64,000 nucleotides of DNA, taken from NCBI GenBank assembly GCA_963833095.1, contig CAWHWQ010000003.1:96001-160000 (forward strand). The letters are read 5' to 3'. Below, piece by piece: positions 57,652 to 64,000 of the stretch (position 1 is the first letter of the stretch; every line of letters begins with the position of its first letter). Source of the DNA: Vulcanimicrobiota bacterium (GTDB lineage: Bacteria; Vulcanimicrobiota; Vulcanimicrobiia; Vulcanimicrobiales; Vulcanimicrobiaceae). Below the pieces are notes generated by a model. It ran no database searches, was not told the origin of the DNA, and was given only the letters and a program-made list of their open reading frames with translations. Both the position numbers and the translations under genes were made by a program.

Positions 57652-60272
57652 GCAGTCTCTCCCATGGCGGCCAGCGCAGCCTCTACGCGGGCTAGTTCGT
57701 TCCGATATCCTTCCAGCTTCTCACGCTCCTTCGCAACCACGCTGGACGCCGCCTTGGCGATGAAGTCTTGGTTGCCAAGCTTGCGTTCACCGCGCTCCAC
57801 CTCGCCGCGCAGCCGCGTCGCGTCTTTGCGGTAGCGTTCGAGCAAAAGCGTGGGTGGCGCCTCGACCACGATTCCGCTGATGCCACCCTGGATCGCGGCG
57901 TCCACCGTAATTATTGCCCCCGCGGCGGCAGGCGCGTAGCTCGCAATTGCCTCAAGCGCCGCCGCGCCAAGATCTCCCGGCATGCGCGTCGGTGGTTTCG
58001 AGCCCAGCGGCAGCTCCAACTCTTGCTTGAGACGGCGAATCTGCTCGGTTGCGGCCATGTGCACCTCGAAGGCTGCTGTGGCATCGCGATCGACCGGCAC
58101 TTCGAGACGGTCCGGCCATGTTGCGGTCATGATCGTCACACCGTCGTGCGGAAGCGCGAGCCAAACCTCTTCGCTGATGAACGGCTCGATCGGATGGAGC
58201 ACCCGCATCGCATTGTTCAACACGAACGACAAAACGGCGGCGCGGGTGGCATGATTCTGTTCCACCTTCGTTGCTTCCACATACCAGTCGCAGAATTCAT
58301 ACCACACGAATCGCCAGATTGCATCAGCAGCGTTGCCGAAGTCAAATCCGTCGAACGCTCGCTGACCGTCGCGATCGTATCGTGCAGGCGGGTGAGAATC
58401 CATTTGTCCGCCACCGTCAAATCCGCGGCTTTAGGCAGCGTCATTGCGCGCGGCAAGCCTTCGCGCAGCGATAGCATGTAGTGCGTCGCGTTCCAAATCT
58501 TATTGTTGAAGTTGCGCGCCTCTTCGCAGCGCGACTCCTGAAAGCGAATCTCTTGAGCTTCCAGGCGCATCTGCCGAATGATACCCATGCGAAACGCGTC
58601 GGCACCATAGCGTTCGACCAGATCCATCGGATCGATCGCGTTGCCGAGCGACTTGGACATCTTGCGCCCCTGCGCGTCGAAAACGAGCGGCGCGATGAAG
58701 ACGGTTGGGAACGGAATTTCGCCCATAAAGTGAATGCCGAGCATCACCATGCGCGCGACCCATAGAAAGATGATCTCCCATCCGGTCATCAGCACTTGCG
58801 CCGGATACCAGCACTCCAACTCCGGCGTTTTCTCCGGCCAACCGAAGATCGAGAATGGCCACAAACCGCTCGAGAACCAGGTATCGAGCGTATCCGGGTC
58901 GCGGGTGAGCGGTGCGCGCGTCCGAATCGTCGAACTGTGCGATCTCCAGCGCTTCTTCTTCGGTCTCCGCGACGACTTGCGCCCGCCGGCCGTGTACCAA
59001 ACCGGCAGCTGATGTCCCCACCAAACCTGGCGCGAGATGTTCCAGTCGCGGATGTTTTCGAGCCAGTGCTCGTACGTGCGGCCGTAGCGTTCGGGAACGA
59101 AACGCAAGCGTCCGTCACGATAGGCCTCCAACGCCGGTTCGGCCAGCGGCGCCATCTTGACGAACCACTGCTCCGATAGCAGCGGCTCGATGACTTCACC
59201 CGTACGCGCGCTGAGCGCGACCGCATGCCGGTAGGCTTCTTCTTTAACCAGCGCAGCCCTTGCGCGCAGATCTTCACGATGCGCTTGCGTGCCGCGAAGC
59301 GGTCGAGCCCATCGTAGGGCCCGACGCCGATCTCCGCGCCGCTGATCTTGGCATCGGCGTCCATGACCGTGGGCATCGGAAGATTGTGGCGCAGGCCGAT
59401 CTCGTAGTCGGTCGCATCGTGCGCCGGCGTCACCTTCACCGCGCCGGTGCCGAAACCGCGCTCGACCGCCGCATCGGCAATGATCGGAATCTCGCGACCG
59501 ATCAACGGCGTAACACAACGCGCATTCCGATGAAGGCAGTGTAGCGTTCGTCTTCGGGATGCACGGCGATGGCGGTATCGCCAAGCATCGTTTCCGGCCG
59601 CGTCGTTGCGATCTCGATCGTAAAGCGACCGTCCTTCGCCCGGTAGGCGATGTGCCACAGATGCGAATCACGTTCGTCGTGGTCGACCTCCGCATCGGAG
59701 ACGGTCGTCTTACCCTTGGGGTCCCAATTGATCAGGCGCTTCCCGCGATACACGAGCCCCTCGCGATAGAGCGATACGAAGACTTTGCGCACCGCGGCGG
59801 AGAGCCCGTCGTCCATCGTAAAGCGCTAGCGTTGCCAGTCGGGACCGAAACCGAGCGTGCGAAACTGCGATTTGATCGTCCCGCCGTTCGTTCGTGACCA
59901 CTCCCATGCGCGCTCGATAAAACCCTCACGCCCCAGACTGTCGCGTGAGATTCCCTCCGCGGCCAGTTCGCGGACGAGCACCGATTCCGTGGCAATCGCG
60001 GCGTGATCGAGGCCCGGCAGCCAGTCCGCGTTATCGCCGAGCATCCGGTGGTAGCGCGTGAGGACGTCCTTCGGCGTGTAGGTCGAGCCGTGGCCCAAGT
60101 GCGCGCGGCCGGTAACGTTCGGCGGGGGCATCGGAATGATGAACGGCGGGCGTGCGGGATCGGGATCCTCGTGAAAGTATCCGTTGCGCTCCCAGAACTC
60201 GTAGAGCCGCGGTTCAACGCTCTTGGGATCGTAGATTTTGGGGAGATCGGTGGAATGCTGCGGGGAGGTCAT
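57648..60272 (-). CDS. valS: Valine-tRNA ligase; several frameshifts and one in-frame stop (probable assembly errors)
   Basis: [73 protein letters not shown]-terminal coiled coil. Confidence 0.94.
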
Positions 60273-60303
60273 GCGAGCGCAGGTAGTTCCGCGCCCCCTA
60301 AGC

Positions 60304-60873
60304 CTAGCCCTCGCCCACCGCCGTGCCGGCGATTCCGCGCTCGCGCGCGGCGAGCAGCTCCAGCAGCACGTTGCGCTTTTCCTCTTCGGTCGGCGCGAGA
60401 TGGTAGACCTCGTACGCCTCACCGAGCATCGTTGCAAGGCCCTCGTACGTCAACGCTTGCGATTCGGCCGAGGCCGGAGCGCGCGTCGGATTGGTCGAGC
60501 GTAGATGGCCGTCGATGCGTCCACGTTCGAGCAACCGGATCAGCGTGCTCTCGCAGGATGGGCGGCGGTAGAGATTGCGTCGGGCACGGATGCCGGGGAA
60601 TGCCGCGCGAACGCGCGTGATGAATCCCAGATCGTCCAGCGCCGCTAGTGCTTCGAACACCATCGACGAGCTATAGAGGCCAAGGTCCTCACGAATCTGA
60701 TCGACTGTCGGACTGCACTCCCCGCGCGGATCGCAAAGCATCGTCAGATACATGTACATGCTCGTCTGCCGCGGATTGAGCACGTGAAAGAGAAAGCCGC
60801 TCCACCACGCGGGAATCAGCGCCGACGGCGCACAGACGTGGTCCGGCTCACATGATGGGGGCAGTTTTTCCAC
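60304..60873 (-). CDS. Winged helix-turn-helix domain protein
   Basis: MYMYLTML..GECSPTVDQIREDLGLYSSSMVFEALAALDDLGFITR..RNLY, an HTH_36-like pattern. Confidence 0.7.
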   Translation of the reverse strand: MEKLPPSCEPDHVCAPSALIPAWWSGFLFHVLNPRQTSMYMYLTMLCDPRGECSPTVDQIREDLGLYSSSMVFEALAALDDLGFITRVRAAFPGIRARRNLYRRPSCESTLIRLLERGRIDGHLRSTNPTRAPASAESQALTYEGLATMLGEAYEVYHLAPTEEEKRNVLLELLAARERGIAGTAVGEG

Positions 60874-60970
60874 TGGCTCGCTCGTTTGGGATTCCTCTCT
60901 CTGTTAGCCTGCGCGGCTTAACGTCCAAAAATCTGGAGGTCTACGTGCCCAAAACGGCGCGAAACTACGC

Positions 60971-61002
60971 AAAAAAAAATCAGACCCTCGTAAAGGTCTG
61001 AT
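60971..61002 (-). terminator. Rho-independent terminator after clpX
   Basis: Minus strand reads ATCAGACC-TTTACGAG-GGTCTGAT followed by a T run. Confidence 0.85.
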
Positions 61003-61032
61003 AAACTGCAGTAAAGCGCCTGCCAGTTTTGA

Positions 61033-62292
61033 CTATGCAGGCATGTCTTTTTTCTGCTCCTGATAGATTAACGTCGGCGCTTCTTTTTTGTCGATGACGT
61101 CTTTGTTGATGATGCACTTCTTGACGCCTTGCAGCGAGGGAAGATCGTACATCACGTCGAGCATCGTCTCTTCGAGAATCGAACGCAATCCGCGCGCGCC
61201 GGTCTTGCGGCCTTGCGCTTTGGTCGCGATCGCAACGAGCGCATCTTTGGTAAACTGCAGATCGACGCCGTCCATATTCAAGATTTTTTGGAACTGGCGC
61301 ACCAGCGCATTACGCGGTTCGGTGAGAATCCGGCGCAGCGCTAGCTCATCGAGCGCATCGAGAGTAACCACGATGGGCAGACGGCCGATGAACTCTGGAA
61401 TCAAGCCGAACTTGAGCAGATCCTCGGGCATCAGCTGCTGAAGCAGCTTGCCGGTTCGCGCGTCTTTCTTGCCTTCCGGCGTCGCACGGAAGCCCATGTT
61501 GTTGGCGCTGACGCGTGACTCGATAATCCGTTCGAGGCCGTCGAACGCGCCGCCACATATGAAGAGCACGTTGGTCGTGTCGATCTGGATGAACTCTTGA
61601 TGTGGGTGCTTACGGCCGCCCTGCGGCGGTACGTTTGCAGTCGTTCCTTCGAGAATCTTGAGCAACGCCTGCTGGACGCCTTCGCCCGAGACATCGCGCG
61701 TGATCGACGGATTTTCGCTCTTTCGCGCAATCTTGTCGATCTCGTCGATATAGACGATGCCCTTCTCGGCGCGCTTGACGTCGTAGTCCGCGGCTTGAAT
61801 GAGCTTGAGCAGAATGTTCTCGACGTCTTCACCGACGTAGCCCGCCTCGGTGAGCGAGGTCGCATCGGCCATCGCGAGCGGCACGTCGAGAATCTTGGCG
61901 AGCGTCTGCGCGAGGTACGTCTTGCCTGAACCGGTCGGTCCGACGAGCAAGATGTTCGACTTCTGCAACTCTACGTCGTCGGCGGCACCGCCGGCGTTGA
62001 TACGCTTGTAGTGGTTGTAGACGGCAACCGCAAGCGACTTCTTTGCGCGCTCTTGACCAATCACATACTGATTGAGGATGTGATTGATTTCTTTGGGCTT
62101 GGGGATATTGCGTAGGCGCAGGTTCTCATCGACGTTCTTGTAGAGCTCTTCTTCGATGATCTCGTTGCAAAGCTCAATACACTCGTCGCAAATGTAGACG
62201 CCTGGACCGGCGATCAACTTCCGGACTTGCTCCTGCGACTTGCCGCAGAAGCTACACTTGAGCTGACCCTTCTCGTCTCCGAATCGGAACAT
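61033..62292 (-). CDS. clpX: ATP-dependent Clp protease ATP-binding subunit
   Basis: CSFCGK..ICDEC Zn finger, [34 protein letters not shown]. Confidence 0.98.
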   Translation of the reverse strand: MFRFGDEKGQLKCSFCGKSQEQVRKLIAGPGVYICDECIELCNEIIEEELYKNVDENLRLRNIPKPKEINHILNQYVIGQERAKKSLAVAVYNHYKRINAGGAADDVELQKSNILLVGPTGSGKTYLAQTLAKILDVPLAMADATSLTEAGYVGEDVENILLKLIQAADYDVKRAEKGIVYIDEIDKIARKSENPSITRDVSGEGVQQALLKILEGTTANVPPQGGRKHPHQEFIQIDTTNVLFICGGAFDGLERIIESRVSANNMGFRATPEGKKDARTGKLLQQLMPEDLLKFGLIPEFIGRLPIVVTLDALDELALRRILTEPRNALVRQFQKILNMDGVDLQFTKDALVAIATKAQGRKTGARGLRSILEETMLDVMYDLPSLQGVKKCIINKDVIDKKEAPTLIYQEQKKDMPA

Positions 62293-62318
62293 ATCGGGGG
62301 CGGGCGTCCTCCTGGGCG

Positions 62319-62927
62319 TTAAGCCGGCTGCGACAAGGCTGAACGATCTTCGATAACGTGATCGATAATCCCGTAGTCCTTGGCTTCGTCGCTCGTCATA
62401 TAGTAGTCGCGGTCGATGTCCTTAAGGACCTGTTCGATGGGCTTTTTCGTGGTCCGCTCGTAAATGTGCGCGATCGTCTGGCGGGTAGCAATCAGGTCCC
62501 GGGCAGCGATTTCGACGTCGGTGGCCTGGCCGCCGATCTGCGAGACCCAGGGCTGATGGATCAGAATCTTCGAGTGGGGCAGGGAATAACGCTTCCCAGC
62601 CGCTCCCCCGGTCAGGAGAACCGACCCCATCGAGGCGGCCATACCCATGCAGATCGTCGCGACGTCGGCCTTAATGTAGCGCATGGCATCGTAGATCGCC
62701 AGGCCCGCCGTGACACTGCCGCCCGGCGAGTTGACGTACATGTCGATGTCCTTGTCGGGGTCTTCTTTTTCTAAAAAGAGCAACTGCGCGATCACCAGGT
62801 TCGCCAGATGGTCGTCGATCGCGCCGCCGACGAAGATGATCCGATCCTTGAGCAGCCGTGAGTAGATGTCGTACGCGCGTTCTCCGCGTGCGCTCTGCTC
62901 GACAACCATCGGAACGAGATGACCCAT
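62319..62927 (-). CDS. clpP: ATP-dependent Clp protease proteolytic subunit
   Basis: [33 protein letters not shown]. Confidence 0.98.
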   Translation of the reverse strand: MGHLVPMVVEQSARGERAYDIYSRLLKDRIIFVGGAIDDHLANLVIAQLLFLEKEDPDKDIDMYVNSPGGSVTAGLAIYDAMRYIKADVATICMGMAASMGSVLLTGGAAGKRYSLPHSKILIHQPWVSQIGGQATDVEIAARDLIATRQTIAHIYERTTKKPIEQVLKDIDRDYYMTSDEAKDYGIIDHVIEDRSALSQPA

Positions 62928-62996
62928 AATATTCTGCGATGCTCCTTGGTGTGCTAGGTTCCTACTTGATACGCGCCTTGTAACCGCGACGTTTCG

Positions 62997-64000
62997 CTAA
63001 GGGTTGCTGGCTTCTTTATCGGACACCTTGGCGTTATCGACGAGGAACTCGAGCGTCTTATTTCGCACGATGCCCTCCATCAGCGAAACGACGTTATTGC
63101 CCAGCGCCTTGCGAATCCGGTCGATCGGCTGCCCGTATTGGCGCGAGAGGGCCGCAAGTTCTTCAGCAATATCGGCCGGAGTTGCGTTGATGCCTTCCGC
63201 TCGCGCGATCTCCTCGAGTACCAGCGTGCCCTTCACCCGTTGCTCGGCATCGGCGTGAAATGTCTCGCGTAGCTCATCGGCCGTCTTCCCTTGCTCCTGC
63301 AGGTATTCATCGAGGCTCGAACCGCTCTGCGCGACCTGCGCCGCGAGGTCATTGACCATGTTGTCCACCTCACGATCGACCAGGACATCCGGCAGCGGAA
63401 AGTCGTGCGCGTCGACAAGCTTCTCCATCAGCGCGTTGCCGATGGCGCGCCGCGCGCGCGATTGTGCGATCGCGTCCAAGCGCCTGCGCACGTCGACGCG
63501 CAACGCTTCGAGCGTTTCGTTTTCGGAAATGGCCTTTGCAAATTCGTCATCGATGGCCGGAAGTTCGAGTGCCTTTACGTCGTGCACGGTCACCGCAAAC
63601 ACCGCGGTTTTTCCGGCAAGATCTTCCTTTGGGTAATCCGACGGAAAGACGGCTTCAACGCTCTTGGTTTCTCCCGCGCTCATGCCGGCAATTCCCGAGG
63701 CAAAACCGGGGATGAAGCGATTCTCGTCGAGCTCCGTCATTTGGCCGGTGGCCGCCCCACCCTCGAAGGCTACGCCGTCGATTTTGCCCTCATAGTCGAG
63801 CGTCACGACGTCGCCCAACTGCGCGGGTCGCTCCACGGGTACCAGCGTTGCGCGCTCTTTTGCCAGAGCCGAAATGCTGCGCTCTACATCTTCATCCTCG
63901 ATGGCCGGCGCTTCGCGTTCGACTTCGATGCCTTTGTAGTTGCTCAGCTCGATTGCGGGGCGGACGGCGACCGTCGCCTTGAGGCGTGACGGTTTCCCCT
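62997..64000 (-). CDS. tig: Trigger factor (5' end outside the window)
   Basis: GDVVTLDYEGKIDGVAFEGG, FIPGF, FPSDYP.EDLAGK, LPAIDDEFAK; upstream of clpP-clpX. Confidence 0.95.
   Translation of the reverse strand, partial: GKPSRLKATVAVRPAIELSNYKGIEVEREAPAIEDEDVERSISALAKERATLVPVERPAQLGDVVTLDYEGKIDGVAFEGGAATGQMTELDENRFIPGFASGIAGMSAGETKSVEAVFPSDYPKEDLAGKTAVFAVTVHDVKALELPAIDDEFAKAISENETLEALRVDVRRRLDAIAQSRARRAIGNALMEKLVDAHDFPLPDVLVDREVDNMVNDLAAQVAQSGSSLDEYLQEQGKTADELRETFHADAEQRVKGTLVLEEIARAEGINATPADIAEELAALSRQYGQPIDRIRKALGNNVVSLMEGIVRNKTLEFLVDNAKVSDKEASNP

Noticed and set aside
60273..60303. T-box leader for valS
   Set aside because: The spacer is only 31 bp and has no T-box motif.
1..64000. tRNA, rRNA, tmRNA or known riboswitches
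   Set aside because: None recognised in the short intergenic regions; a covariance-model scan would be needed to exclude them.

Overview
A 64-kb, GC-rich bacterial chromosomal segment with dense coding. The gene mix combines Terrabacteria-type genes (PASTA Ser/Thr kinase plus PbpA, NFACT/RqcH, SpoIID-QueA next to ruvAB, pyrR) with outer-membrane systems (MlaEFD with a long MlaD, an usher-like barrel). This points to a diderm Terrabacteria lineage, possibly Ca. Eremiobacterota; that placement is inference. From 20 kb onward the window is mostly minus-strand housekeeping: tig-clpP-clpX, valS-pyrRBC, carA-MoxR/VWA-pdxH-carB, pbpA-pknB-ruvCAB-spoIID-pilZ-queA, gmk-rpoZ-glmS and rph-mlaEFD-panE. 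Four stretches (about 0-2.4, 27.8-31.5, 42.1-46.0 and 58.3-59.9 kb) carry clustered frameshifts, three of them in core genes; these look like assembly errors rather than real pseudogenes. The standout is a 7.1-kb operon at 3.2-10.3 kb that reads as a non-canonical chaperone-usher-like pilus. It has three tandem pilin-like genes (two near-identical, with a duplicated structured leader), a fused two-pilin-domain subunit, a pilin lacking the putative donor strand, a two-domain chaperone-like protein, and a beta-barrel usher-like protein with a CpaC/RcpA-like N-domain and three SdrD_B/carboxypeptidase-regulatory-like C-domains. Other items of note are a MITE-like inverted-repeat element filling the pyrB-pyrC gap, a highly structured mlaF-mlaD spacer, two small ORFs missing from the ORF track, and an internally duplicated 92-aa protein. 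All assignments come from reading motifs by eye; no searches were run.
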